Virus record (IMG/VR): IMGVR_UViG_3300010270_000379
Location: 1 to 64,000 of that record
Source: a virus
Lineage: Duplodnaviria; Caudoviricetes
DNA length: 64,000 bases
Strand: one strand, 5' to 3'
Positions 19,624 to 29,876 of the stretch are shown here, piece by piece. The translations under genes were made by a program, and so were the position numbers. The notes under the pieces are model-generated. The model had not been told where the DNA came from. It made no database searches and worked only from the letters and a program-made list of their open reading frames with translations. Each line of letters begins with the position of its first letter. The first letter of the stretch is position 1.

Positions 19624-20253
19624 CTATTCTCCTATCTCTCTATATAAAGTTTCATCACCATAGCATTGATGGTATATATCTGGCCTAAATAAGTCCTTTA
19701 AGCTGAATTTTCCTATTCTGATTACTTTAAGATTCCAATATCCAGGAAGCGGCGGCATGTATGAAATAATATCGCTTTTATGAGCATATTGTTTTACTTC
19801 ATTAAAAAATAAGCGACTGATTAATTTTGATATAAAAAATACTAAAGGTTTAGGACTCCCAAAAGTAATTAAATCCGGTTTAATTCCTGATTGAAAATAA
19901 ATCTCTATTCCGGTTAATACAGAACCGGCACCGCCATAAGAATGACCGCAACAAACTACCTTATAATCTGGAAAAGTATTCATTGCTAGTAATACTTCAT
20001 TCATTATCATACCTTTACAGGAATTAAAAGCGCTTTGCCATCCTAAAGCTGCAAAATAAACATACCAACGCCTTAACTGTGGAATGATAAAAAATAATAA
20101 ATTGATTATCCAATCTTTTATAGAAGTTGAAAATTGTGTGAAAACATATATTGTCTTTTCTTCATGGATTATTTTAGTACACCAATTATAATCAAATGTG
20201 TTACTTTTATATTCCATATTTTTCTGAAATTTATATAAGTTCCACGGTTTCAT
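19624..20253 (-). CDS. Class 3 lipase (alpha/beta hydrolase)
   Basis: VVCCGHSYGG nucleophile elbow, ITFGSPK, KSDIISYMP (Asp) and YHQCY (His). Confidence 0.85.
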   Translation of the reverse strand: MKPWNLYKFQKNMEYKSNTFDYNWCTKIIHEEKTIYVFTQFSTSIKDWIINLLFFIIPQLRRWYVYFAALGWQSAFNSCKGMIMNEVLLAMNTFPDYKVVCCGHSYGGAGSVLTGIEIYFQSGIKPDLITFGSPKPLVFFISKLISRLFFNEVKQYAHKSDIISYMPPLPGYWNLKVIRIGKFSLKDLFRPDIYHQCYGDETLYREIGE

Positions 20254-20266
20254 CTTTCAAAACTCC

Positions 20267-20335
20267 CTATTTACAACATAAATAAACAAGTCCAACTGCA
20301 ATAATCCAGGCAATAGCTGATACAAGATAATACAT
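20267..20335 (-). CDS. 22-aa single-TM micro-peptide
   Basis: GAGGGG RBS; MYYLVSAIAWIIAVGLVYLCCK. Confidence 0.45.
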   Translation of the reverse strand: MYYLVSAIAWIIAVGLVYLCCK

Positions 20336-20439
20336 TTTAACCCCTCATTTTTTATAAAAAAATCCGGTTTTGAAGTGACCGGAAACACTATCTCCAAAGG
20401 CAGAAAAAAACTACAAAAAAGTGCCTTCATCAATCAGTT

Positions 20440-20649
20440 TTACACTACAGTAACAAGAGCAACTTTACCGGCTGAATCAATCTGCAAAGTTTTTCCGTCA
20501 TCTGTGTCTTTTGCTGCCAATACAGCAGCCAATTTTGTTTCAAGAGCTGTAAGTCTGGTTTCTACATCTGTATTTCCACCATCTTCAATACCCTTTTTAA
20601 TTGCGTTACCATAAGGGCAACCTTTTGTAAGATCATTCAAATCATTCAT
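20440..20649 (-). CDS. Small hypothetical protein
   Basis: AGGAG RBS; followed by a hairpin and T-run at about 20357-20384. Confidence 0.55.
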   Translation of the reverse strand: MNDLNDLTKGCPYGNAIKKGIEDGGNTDVETRLTALETKLAAVLAAKDTDDGKTLQIDSAGKVALVTVV

Positions 20650-20719
20650 TTTCTTATCTCCTTGCTGCTTTACGATACAGCCCGATGATTTATAAAATCC
20701 GGTCTAGGCCGGTATTTTC

Positions 20720-21868
20720 CTATAAAGCTCCAATTCTAAAGAATCCAAATTTAAACTTATTCTGTTGTATATAATCCTGGACTTCTTTCTGATAAACAGC
20801 AATACGGGCCCCAAAGTATGCGCTAGTAGCTGACTGAGTACTTGAAAAACTCTCAGATACACCATCCATAGAAAGTGAAGAACTTGAAAAACCTGACATA
20901 AGGCCATCACCGATAACATTCAAAAGTGATATAGCGGCCATTTTACCGATCATGTGTCTCAAATCTTCTGGCACTTCATCAGAAGTCTCAAAACCGGCTT
21001 CATAATCAATTGCATAGAATAAATGATGGTTCCAGGTTTCAGATCCATAAGGACTAATAGCTGTACTAATACCGTTCCATGTATCAGAAGGCTTCCAAGG
21101 TCGTTTTAAGAACTTAATAACACCATTTTTCTTATCAAGTGTAGTAGATGCTAGTAAATCATCGTATTCTGGTTCACCGTTAGCACCTCTATTAATCAGC
21201 GTACAACGTGTAGCCTTAATAATAGGCCGCTGTTTAGTCTGAATCATTCCATAGCGCTGAATTTTGCTATATCTAAAGTCATACAACGGTTCTTCATCAT
21301 CATAATCAACTTTTCTTGTAAGATGCTGTCTTTCAACACTCTCAATAGACTTAATACGTTTTTTAACAATAGTAATATTAAGCTGTCTAGCCATTTCTGC
21401 CGTAGCAGCATTGATAAACCATTGAATTTGTTCATCTGAAAACATCTGGCCGTTTGTAGCCTTAAAATCTGTTCCCCAAAGGAATGTATAACGACAATCA
21501 TCAGGAGTTACAATTGTTCCCCATTCACCTTCCGGCACCTTATAGTTATTAAAAGAATAACCAACGGCATCAGGAACACCGAATTTAGTCCAACAAGTAA
21601 AAGCAAAATCCTTGAAATCTGGATTTTCAATACTAGCTGGATGGATCCTATATTGATAAAGGCCGTTTTGTAAATCAAAAGAATCTACAAAATCACCAGA
21701 ATTCACTTCTAGCGGCTCTGTAGATGCTTCTGGAATGACAAAACCGCTATTAGTATAAACTTTCCAAGATTCATCTTTATAAAAAAGACGCTCCAAAATA
21801 AATGATGAGTTATTACCATTCAAGTTTAAGAGAATTCTTGTTTGTGTACTTTCAGCAGTTATTGTCAT
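20720..21868 (-). CDS. Head-tail adaptor protein
   Basis: YAIDYEAGFETSDEVPEDLRHMIGK and SSSSLSMDGVSESFS adaptor motifs. Confidence 0.75.
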   Translation of the reverse strand: MTITAESTQTRILLNLNGNNSSFILERLFYKDESWKVYTNSGFVIPEASTEPLEVNSGDFVDSFDLQNGLYQYRIHPASIENPDFKDFAFTCWTKFGVPDAVGYSFNNYKVPEGEWGTIVTPDDCRYTFLWGTDFKATNGQMFSDEQIQWFINAATAEMARQLNITIVKKRIKSIESVERQHLTRKVDYDDEEPLYDFRYSKIQRYGMIQTKQRPIIKATRCTLINRGANGEPEYDDLLASTTLDKKNGVIKFLKRPWKPSDTWNGISTAISPYGSETWNHHLFYAIDYEAGFETSDEVPEDLRHMIGKMAAISLLNVIGDGLMSGFSSSSLSMDGVSESFSSTQSATSAYFGARIAVYQKEVQDYIQQNKFKFGFFRIGAL

Positions 21869-21880
21869 TCTTTAGCTTCC

Positions 21881-22243
21881 TTATTTAGAAAGTTCATAAC
21901 CTGGAATTGTGAGCAATCTCTTAGCTTCAACTCCGGTTACTTCGCAACATCCCTTTTCATCAAGTGTAATAGTTCTTGTAGGGAGCACGATATTCATACC
22001 GGCATAACCTTCACATTTAATGATAACTTTTGCATCATCTTTAATGTTTACAGGCTTTTCTTCGGCCGGTTTTTCGTTTTCTTCCGGTTTTGTTTCTGGT
22101 GTTTCTTCCGGTTTTTCATCTACGGCCGGTGTATTTTCAGCAGCGGCCGGTTTTTCGTTCTGTTCAACTTCTGTAGCTTTTTCGTTCTGTTCAACTACAG
22201 AAGTTGTGTTTGCCTGATCTCTTTTAGGTCTAGCCATACACAA
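21881..22243 (-). CDS. Capsid-associated hypothetical protein
   Basis: Directly after the capsid gene; acidic Pro/Glu linker. Confidence 0.5.
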   Translation of the reverse strand: MCMARPKRDQANTTSVVEQNEKATEVEQNEKPAAAENTPAVDEKPEETPETKPEENEKPAEEKPVNIKDDAKVIIKCEGYAGMNIVLPTRTITLDEKGCCEVTGVEAKRLLTIPGYELSK

Positions 22244-22257
22244 CTCCTTTTGTTTAC

Positions 22258-23706
22258 TTAGTAAAGTCCACCAGAATAACCAACGTTCTTAATAAGAGCA
22301 TTGTATTCAGGAGCACGAACTTCGAGCATACCGTAAAGTGCAACAACACCACGGTGAGCGAGGCTTGAATCTGTTGGAAGGTCGAAGTTTGACATTGCCA
22401 TCAACTGACCAAATGAAGTATTAGGCTTCATTTCATCTGTTGTAGGTGTAAGCAATACAATAGATGCTGTTCCTGGAAGGTCCTCATTCAAGTCTACTAC
22501 TACAGTAGTTGTATCAGGAGACTTAGCAACACGTACCATTTCCATCATTTCTGTACCACCGGCCTTAGAACGTGTGATAATAAATCCTGTAGCTGGTTCA
22601 CCGTTTGTATCAGGTGTAATAGTAAGAGTTACTTTTTCACCACTTGCAACGGCTACAGCAGATCCAAGAGGCTTAGCTGCTGAAATACCATAAGCATTTA
22701 CGGCATGTACGGCATACATATAATTTCCGGCCCATGCTGTTGTGAATTTAGATGCTGATTCACTTGCAGCAACGGCTGTAAAGTTAGAAGGTGTATTAGG
22801 TCTCTTAGCCTGGTTTCCGGCAGCTACTACAGGGCCCTTTACCTTAAACATCTTATCTGCACCGGCATCATCTGTAATACGAATAGTTGAACCTGTAGGA
22901 GTAAGAATATCAGGCAATTTCTGCAATGCAAAAGTATCATCACGTGGTGTAAGACGGAGACGTGAACTGTACATAGACTTAAACTGACGAGCAATAACAG
23001 GTGGGAAGTAAGCCTCTGACAAGTCACCACCTTTATCGAATACCTTCTGAGCAACTTCATCAAAGAGAGCTTCGCCGGCATCAATTGTATCACCATCAAT
23101 ATTTCCTGATTCACCAATTTCCAAACCACGAACATCCATAACTGTAGCGCGGAGTTTTTCAGCTACAGAAGTATTCTTTGCAGAATCTTCAATAATCTTC
23201 AAAAGTCCATCGTACTGTTTAGGAGATACGCTTGAATCACCGTGGAAAATACAACGCTCTGTACCCTTAGATACACGCATTACAGCAGCTACTTTAGATG
23301 CATTGATAGCATTTTCTACATTGTCTGTAAGTGTAAGAGGATGTGAAGTCTGCCACTTACTTGACATGTATTTTGTTTCGTAAATCTTACGAGAGAACTG
23401 TGGATCACCCTCTGGAGCTCTTTCAGATTCACCAACAAACAAGAATTCATCATCACCTACATCTGTTTCACGTTCAATCTGGTGAACAGTAGACTTAACA
23501 GGCAGTTTGTGAAGTTTATGGAACAACTTCAAATCTTTCTGTTTTACGTCAAGAACGGTTACAAGTGTAGCCTCCAAATCTTCACGCTGCAAAGATCTAC
23601 CCTGAGTATAATCTGCAGCATTTGTACCATAACCGGCTTCAAGAGCCTTTTCGAGTTCTGTATTCTGAACTTCATTGTCAAATTCATTAAAAATGCTTTC
23701 TTCCAT
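22258..23706 (-). CDS. Major capsid protein (SPO1/Twort-like style)
   Basis: LEKALEAGYGT...GRSLQREDLEATL N-arm, KYMSSKWQTS, IFHGDSSVSPKQYDGLLK and ALYGMLEVRAP. Confidence 0.9.
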   Translation of the reverse strand: MEESIFNEFDNEVQNTELEKALEAGYGTNAADYTQGRSLQREDLEATLVTVLDVKQKDLKLFHKLHKLPVKSTVHQIERETDVGDDEFLFVGESERAPEGDPQFSRKIYETKYMSSKWQTSHPLTLTDNVENAINASKVAAVMRVSKGTERCIFHGDSSVSPKQYDGLLKIIEDSAKNTSVAEKLRATVMDVRGLEIGESGNIDGDTIDAGEALFDEVAQKVFDKGGDLSEAYFPPVIARQFKSMYSSRLRLTPRDDTFALQKLPDILTPTGSTIRITDDAGADKMFKVKGPVVAAGNQAKRPNTPSNFTAVAASESASKFTTAWAGNYMYAVHAVNAYGISAAKPLGSAVAVASGEKVTLTITPDTNGEPATGFIITRSKAGGTEMMEMVRVAKSPDTTTVVVDLNEDLPGTASIVLLTPTTDEMKPNTSFGQLMAMSNFDLPTDSSLAHRGVVALYGMLEVRAPEYNALIKNVGYSGGLY

Positions 23707-23721
23707 TTTTAAGTCCTCCCT

Positions 23722-25233
23722 TTACTGATTGTCGCGGACAATAGAACAAATCTTGTTCCAAACTGCCGGTTTAACCGACTTTACGCCGCCTTTCATTGCT
23801 TTCTGGAATTCTGAGTTATAGAACTGAACTTCTTCCGGTCCTATCTTGCCACCCTGAGCCGATTTACAAATTGCATCTTTGAAAGTATCAAAGTCTGCAT
23901 TTGTAGGCTTCTTATTAGCTGTAGGAGCAGCCGCACCACTTCCAGGCATTGACTTAGCTACTACACTCTGTCGCGCTACAGGTTCACCAAGAGCCTTTGC
24001 AATATCAATTACACTTCCCTTGATTTCATCTACTGACTTTTTGAGTTCTTCGTTTTCTTCACGGAGAGCATCAATTTCAGCGCCCATAGACTTTACGAGT
24101 TCTGTTGCATCGAGATAATCGTCATCTTCTTCAAGAGACTTCTCTACACCACAACCCTTCTTTACGCTGCCTTTGGCACCGCATTTTTCAACGTCATCTT
24201 CAATGTCTTTTTTTTCATCGCCTTCTGAATCGTCATCGAATTCGAACAGTGTTTCTTTTTCGATTTCTTCATCTTCTGGCTTTTTCTTTTCATCAGCGCT
24301 TTTCTTAACACCGATAGACTTCAAGATTTCGTCTACTGTTTCAGAAAAATTACCTTTGGCCATTTTTCTTCCTCCCTGTTCTATAATTTCAAGCATGGTT
24401 TCCCTTGCCTGACGTTTATCAAATCCCTTACCAATCAAATAAGCTGTTATTTCATTAGCATTGGTTAGATTTCCTTTGTTGATTTCCTGGATGCAATCTT
24501 TAATATCATTGATTTCCATTTCTTCTATGGATTTCTCTAATTCTTCTTTTGATTTTTCCATTGAATCAGCCGGATCCATTTCACCGTCATTAATTTCCAG
24601 GAGTTTCTCTGTTTCATCCTCAATATCTTCTTTCTGTAATCCGCGGCCACCTTCAAAATCAGCAGCATCAGCACCACTTCCGGCCTCTAAAGATTTACAA
24701 AAATCAACCATAGAGACTGACTTAGCAAACCTGGCACTTCCTACGGTCCAATTTACCGGTGATGTAGTAAGCGCTAAGTCATTCCACATAAACCCTGTTA
24801 CAGTCTCACTACCGTCTTTTTCTTTACGAATAGTAGGCATAATTCCACCAATAGAGGCTTTTACGCGGCTAGAATGATTTTTAAGAAGGTTGATGTAGTC
24901 TTTTGCAGCAGCTACACCCTTATAAAGAATTCCTTTTACAAAGGTAGATTTTCCATCTGTCCTAACTGAAATAGGTTCACCAATAATCTTTTCTTTATGG
25001 CTTTCAACTGTTCCATCTGGATTTCTTACTTTATGTTGGTGATCGTCTGAAATAACTCCATTAGTCAAAAAGTATTCTTTCGACTTCATCAATGCTGACT
25101 GCAGAGTTCTCTGATTCTGTAAATCAAGATTTTCGTTAGAGGCTTCTACTTCAAAAATGTAGTTTCCGTTTTCATCTTCCTGGCCTGAGATTGATTTACA
25201 AATATTGCCTTCAATTAAAATTTCATTATCCAT
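23722..25233 (-). CDS. Prohead protease/scaffold
   Basis: Start reassigned to MDNEILIEG (RBS GGAG). FEVEASNENLDLQNQ, DHQH, ASIGG and WNDLALTTSPVN protease motifs; acidic scaffold C-terminal half. Confidence 0.88.
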   Translation of the reverse strand: MDNEILIEGNICKSISGQEDENGNYIFEVEASNENLDLQNQRTLQSALMKSKEYFLTNGVISDDHQHKVRNPDGTVESHKEKIIGEPISVRTDGKSTFVKGILYKGVAAAKDYINLLKNHSSRVKASIGGIMPTIRKEKDGSETVTGFMWNDLALTTSPVNWTVGSARFAKSVSMVDFCKSLEAGSGADAADFEGGRGLQKEDIEDETEKLLEINDGEMDPADSMEKSKEELEKSIEEMEINDIKDCIQEINKGNLTNANEITAYLIGKGFDKRQARETMLEIIEQGGRKMAKGNFSETVDEILKSIGVKKSADEKKKPEDEEIEKETLFEFDDDSEGDEKKDIEDDVEKCGAKGSVKKGCGVEKSLEEDDDYLDATELVKSMGAEIDALREENEELKKSVDEIKGSVIDIAKALGEPVARQSVVAKSMPGSGAAAPTANKKPTNADFDTFKDAICKSAQGGKIGPEEVQFYNSEFQKAMKGGVKSVKPAVWNKICSIVRDNQ

Positions 25234-25253
25234 TTTCAAAAACTCCAAAAGAC

Positions 25254-25367
25254 AAAAAAAATAGGGCAGCCACAACGAATAACGTTATGACTGCCCTTTT
25301 CAGAACAAATCTTAATCTAAATATGGAATATATTATTATTATAAATCTATAATTTTACATTTGTCAA
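25254..25367 (-). promoter_or_regulatory. Late-type promoter with leader hairpin and terminator, copy 4 (protease-capsid operon)
   Basis: TTGACA-18-TATAAT; TGTTC-TGAAAA-GGGCA; GGGCAG...CTGCCC; T-run. Confidence 0.8.
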
Positions 25368-25428
25368 GTTAGTGTATACTTTTAATATACACTTAAAACA
25401 TAAAAAATAGAGAATAAATAATAGTATT

Positions 25429-25608
25429 TTATCTCTGAACCTTTATAGCCTTGCCGTTTTCAAACTTAATCTTAGGCTTTGGTAAACCTAATCTTTTGCA
25501 AAAATCTTCCATATCTTCACCGGCAATTTTATTATCCATTAAATCAGCTTTGGATAACGCTACATCTTTAGTCCATTTTTCTGGCTCTTTTGTTTTTGGT
25601 AAATCCAT
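25429..25608 (-). CDS. 59-aa protein, candidate antitoxin of the upstream zeta-type gene
   Basis: AGGAGG RBS; MDLPKTKEPEKWTKD...; own promoter TTGACA-18-TAAAAT in 25629-25658. Confidence 0.6.
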   Translation of the reverse strand: MDLPKTKEPEKWTKDVALSKADLMDNKIAGEDMEDFCKRLGLPKPKIKFENGKAIKVQR

Positions 25609-25681
25609 AGACTACCTCCTGTGTAAATATTTTATATACATATTATCGGTTTTGTCAAGTAAAAAAGTTACATTTAATTAT

Positions 25682-26881
25682 TTATACTTCTTCACCCTTC
25701 TTAGCTATCTTTTCAGCCGTGTACTTATTTTTACCGGTATTTGGATCCTTTTCAAAAGGAATAAAGTTATCATAGAAGGACCAATCATCGGCAAAATCTT
25801 TTACTTTATCAAAATTAGCTTCATTGCCTGTCATATTAAGTAATACATCTGGCGGCACAAATCTACCGGTAAAATCTTCTACATTCTTTTCGGTAGGGCT
25901 TTCAATATAACGTTTAATAGCACGTTTCAAACTTTCCTGTTTTGGAACATGCATATAATAAGCGCCTGTTTTATATCCGGCATCTTTAGCTAGTTTTAAT
26001 TCTTCAATCTGTTTATCAGCATTTGACATTGTAATATCCATTACAATATTAAGGCCCTGGGCCATAGCTGCCTTCATAAGCATTTTAGACAAATCTGAGC
26101 TTTCTTCATGGTAGGCCTTTGCTTTCCATCCTTCCCATTTTTCGCCGGATTCATTTGCTAATTCTTCTTTCAATGCATCTGGATCCACTACAATAACGTT
26201 ATCCTCATTGTATACACCGGCATCAGATTTCTTTTTATTGAAAGTAGACTTTCCAGAACCACCACGGCCCCCTAAAATCTGGAAAGTAGGCAATTCACCG
26301 TCTTTTGGTGTAGCTGCTGCAACTTTCTCAGGTGATAACAATTTTTTGATAATTGTTTCATGCAATTTCTGTCTTTCTGGAGTATAAATAGCGTTTACAC
26401 CTTCACCAGATTTACGGAATTTTGTAACTGTTTCAGGCTCTTTATTTGCACGTTCTAAGTCATATCTGAATTTCATTTCAAATTCAGGATGCTTTTTTAC
26501 AATAGGCAATTCAAGAATAGCCTTAATTGCGTTTTTCATTCCTTCTGGTGTAGCTGCATTAATTGATTCATCGTCATAAGTTCTTTTATAATCAGCGGCT
26601 TTAAATTTACTTGCTGCAACCTGTTTACGGCCGTATGTTGGAGCAAGCTGTTTAGTAGGTGTAGTTACCTCTTTTTTGCCTGTTCCAACACTTTCAGGCC
26701 CCTTCTTTTCTGAGTTTCCTTTAGGTGTATAAACTTCTCTCCATTTTCCAGGAGCAACCTTTTTATATTTTTTACCTCTCCACTCTCTTATTGTACCAAT
26801 TCCATAACCTCTTGATTTCTGAAAATCAATGTCATCAAGAAAAGTATTATAAACTGATTTCTTTACAAATAACTTTTTCAT
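25682..26881 (-). CDS. Virion cargo protein: shared N-terminal tag plus zeta-toxin-like P-loop kinase
   Basis: KSRGYGIGTIREWRGKKYKKVAPGKW tag; GGRGGSGKST Walker A, VVVDPDALK, YHEESS, NIVMDIT and GRFVP zeta motifs. Confidence 0.85.
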   Translation of the reverse strand: MKKLFVKKSVYNTFLDDIDFQKSRGYGIGTIREWRGKKYKKVAPGKWREVYTPKGNSEKKGPESVGTGKKEVTTPTKQLAPTYGRKQVAASKFKAADYKRTYDDESINAATPEGMKNAIKAILELPIVKKHPEFEMKFRYDLERANKEPETVTKFRKSGEGVNAIYTPERQKLHETIIKKLLSPEKVAAATPKDGELPTFQILGGRGGSGKSTFNKKKSDAGVYNEDNVIVVDPDALKEELANESGEKWEGWKAKAYHEESSDLSKMLMKAAMAQGLNIVMDITMSNADKQIEELKLAKDAGYKTGAYYMHVPKQESLKRAIKRYIESPTEKNVEDFTGRFVPPDVLLNMTGNEANFDKVKDFADDWSFYDNFIPFEKDPNTGKNKYTAEKIAKKGEEV

Positions 26882-26894
26882 TTTACACCTCCCA

Positions 26895-29708
26895 TTAAAG
26901 ACAATTACAGCGATTAAAGGCTTCACTTACCATCATTTCAGTAGAATTGAACAATTCAGGCTGCTCTGCAGAATAATCATTGAACAATGATTCATTTTCT
27001 TCTTCCGGCTCTTCTTCTTCATCTTCTTCAACAAACATATCTACAATGAAGTCATCAAAAAGAGATTTCTTTACAGTAATTCCACGTTTCTCTAGTTCTT
27101 CCTCAAATCTCTCAATTACTTCTGGATGTTCTTTAGCTGTTGTTTGATACAAAATAGCATCTCTTAAACCTAATTTAAGTTTATTATCAACCTTTGTATC
27201 TTCTGTAATGTATTCTTTTTTATCCATTACTTTATCAAGGTTGAATTTCAATCTGTCATAATTGAGTTTCAATGTTTCATCACTCATATCCGCCATTCTT
27301 TCAGTAAGATTTGCTGCTGCAGAATCGGAAAGTCTCTTGAAACGATCACCATAATGCTCTTTTATTGAGGCTACAAATTCCTCGTTTGTCTTTTTATATG
27401 CTTCTTTAAGAGCTGATTTTTTTTCATTAGCATCTTTTTTCGCCTGTCTACCCTTGCCATAATCCATTTTTTTATCTGAGCCGGACATAGGCATAAGGAT
27501 AGATGAACTAGAGCCGGTGTTAATCTCAATTGCCTTATCAGCTCTTTCACCTATCTGTAAAATGGATGTTTTACCAGATAAAGCATTTACCAGGTAATCA
27601 GCATTGATATTCATATAGTTAGTATCTTCTTTTGCCGGGCCCCAATCTTCGCTATATTTCATTTTTATATCTTTTGCTTCACCTACCGGAGTATCATCAA
27701 TGAATACTTTACCATCACGGAATTCAAGCTGAACAAGATTTGTACCTTTTTTATCAATAGCACCATCTTTCTGCATTTCTTTAATCTTATCTTTTACAAG
27801 TTTTGTATCTAAAGTTGCTGTCTGTTTAAGATCTTCTGGAATAACCTTAGAATAATTAGGGAATCTTGCATCTACATCAATTTTTTTGATATTAATTCCT
27901 GATTTATCAGTATTAATATCAACATAAGAACCATTTGGTATACCTTCAAGTTCTCCAACTTCAATAAATTTCATTCTACGAGCATCAGTAGTTATAAGTT
28001 TTCCATTTTCATAATAGACATGCTTCATAAACTCTCTACTATCCCACTTTGGAGCTACACAATTTTTAAGAGATTCAATCTCATTTGCAAGATCTTTAGA
28101 ATATGGCAATTGTACTTCATTTTCACCTACACTCTTATTACTTGCAATCGGCTGTAATTCATCAAAAGAAACAACCTTACCAGAATTATCTACACTGTAG
28201 ATTTTTTCAGTTTTTTCCTCTTTAGGAGTTTCCTTAGTTTCTTCTATAGTTTTTTCGGCTTCGGATTCTTCAAGAAGTTTTTTACATTCAGTATAAAAGG
28301 CAGCACTTAAATGATTAGAACAAAGTTCTACCTGATGATCTATATCACTTAGCAATTCAATATCAGTTTCATCTTTACTTGTAAACAATGCGTTATCTTT
28401 TACATGCTTTTCAAGTTTATTAATCAGCTTATTTTTATATTTAGAAATAACTTCATTAACGGTTGTACCTTCATCAGCATATTCTGAATAGCGTTTAAGC
28501 CTTTCATCAACAAGTTTTTTGTTTTCTTCAAGTTTTCCTTCTTTTATTATCTCCGGTAATTTTTCCTTAATTTTATCAAGTTTTTCCTTTAATTCTGCTT
28601 CTAATTTAGGCTTTGCTGTTTTTTCAAACTCTGTATTGATTTTATCAATACCTTCTTTACATCTAATTGCATTTGCAATTTCAGATCTTACAGCCCATTC
28701 TTTACCTTCTTTATCAACCTTAAATATAGCATCACCTACTTTTAATTCACCCTTACGAGCTACTTCGTTAATTTTATCAGCCATTTCAAGATATTTTACA
28801 CCCTCACCTTCATCATTTTTATCTACTCCACCAAAAGGCACTTCTTTAGTTTCAGTTTTCTTTTCATCTTCTGATTCTTCTTCATATCCAAATTCATTAT
28901 TAATAGCATCCTTCATACGGCCTGAAAGTTTTTCAAGTTCTTCACGGTATTTTTTTTCACCTTCTGAAATGTTTTTTTCTGAATAAATGAGACGTAACTT
29001 ACCTAAAGCCTCTAACTCTGGATCATTAAGTTCATTAGGATTCATCCCCTTTGCCTTTGCTTCTGGTCTTAATTTTTTAGCAACTTTATCATAGGCTTCT
29101 ACAATATTATCAAGAGTTTCAGCATCATTTTTCCCCTTTAATGATTGCTCATACTCTTTTTCATAATCTTCCTGTGTTTTTATTTTCTTTTCAGCCGGCT
29201 TAGAAGTTGTTTTACTTCCCATATCACCGTTATTCTTAGCATCTACAGCGGCACGGAGTTTATCAAGAACCGGCAAGTCAATTCCATTTTCATCAACAAA
29301 GCGCTGTTTATTCTGCATTACAAAGGCCATAAGGTCCTCAACGTTATCAATCTTCTGTACTCTTGCAATCAATTTACCAATTGCAATATTTGTACCACGG
29401 CCTTCTTTATCAAAAACTCTGGCCCATTTACCCGGAGCAATTTTCTTATACTTCTTTCCCTTCCAAATTCTGACTGTTCCTACACCGTAGCCGGCTTTCT
29501 GGATCCATTTTCCACTAATAAGAGACTTTTCAAGATGTGTATAATGTCCTTCCTGAGAATTGAAATAATCAATTGCTTTTTTTACATCTTTTTCATCCTG
29601 TTTTTTCAAGATTTCAATAATCTCTTTTTTAAGTTCTGCTAACTTTCTATCGTTTACAGCCTTACAAACATTCTTGAATTCACTAGCCTTTACCATGAAT
29701 CTTGCCAT
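26895..29708 (-). CDS. Virion cargo protein: shared tag plus DnaN (beta-clamp)-like domains
   Basis: KAGYGVGTVRIWKGKKYKKIAPGKW tag; TTDARRM, RFPNYSKVIP, INADYLVNAL and SILMPM beta-clamp motifs. Confidence 0.7.
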   Translation of the reverse strand: MARFMVKASEFKNVCKAVNDRKLAELKKEIIEILKKQDEKDVKKAIDYFNSQEGHYTHLEKSLISGKWIQKAGYGVGTVRIWKGKKYKKIAPGKWARVFDKEGRGTNIAIGKLIARVQKIDNVEDLMAFVMQNKQRFVDENGIDLPVLDKLRAAVDAKNNGDMGSKTTSKPAEKKIKTQEDYEKEYEQSLKGKNDAETLDNIVEAYDKVAKKLRPEAKAKGMNPNELNDPELEALGKLRLIYSEKNISEGEKKYREELEKLSGRMKDAINNEFGYEEESEDEKKTETKEVPFGGVDKNDEGEGVKYLEMADKINEVARKGELKVGDAIFKVDKEGKEWAVRSEIANAIRCKEGIDKINTEFEKTAKPKLEAELKEKLDKIKEKLPEIIKEGKLEENKKLVDERLKRYSEYADEGTTVNEVISKYKNKLINKLEKHVKDNALFTSKDETDIELLSDIDHQVELCSNHLSAAFYTECKKLLEESEAEKTIEETKETPKEEKTEKIYSVDNSGKVVSFDELQPIASNKSVGENEVQLPYSKDLANEIESLKNCVAPKWDSREFMKHVYYENGKLITTDARRMKFIEVGELEGIPNGSYVDINTDKSGINIKKIDVDARFPNYSKVIPEDLKQTATLDTKLVKDKIKEMQKDGAIDKKGTNLVQLEFRDGKVFIDDTPVGEAKDIKMKYSEDWGPAKEDTNYMNINADYLVNALSGKTSILQIGERADKAIEINTGSSSSILMPMSGSDKKMDYGKGRQAKKDANEKKSALKEAYKKTNEEFVASIKEHYGDRFKRLSDSAAANLTERMADMSDETLKLNYDRLKFNLDKVMDKKEYITEDTKVDNKLKLGLRDAILYQTTAKEHPEVIERFEEELEKRGITVKKSLFDDFIVDMFVEEDEEEEPEEENESLFNDYSAEQPELFNSTEMMVSEAFNRCNCL

Positions 29709-29735
29709 TTTCCAAATCCTCCCAGGAAATAAGTT

Positions 29736-29840
29736 AAAAAAAAATAAGGCAGCCGACTACTAAAAATAAGTAATCGACTGCCCTTTACAGACATATCTAT
29801 GTATTTACTTTATTATGTTACATAATTATTAAATAATCAA
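29736..29840 (-). promoter_or_regulatory. Late-type promoter with leader hairpin and terminator, copy 5
   Basis: TTGATT-17-CATAAT; TGTC-TGTAAA-GGGCA; GGCAGTCGA...TCGGCTGCC; T9. Confidence 0.75.
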
Positions 29841-29876
29841 TATTTTTATTTTTTACGCTAAATATAACGTTTTTAC

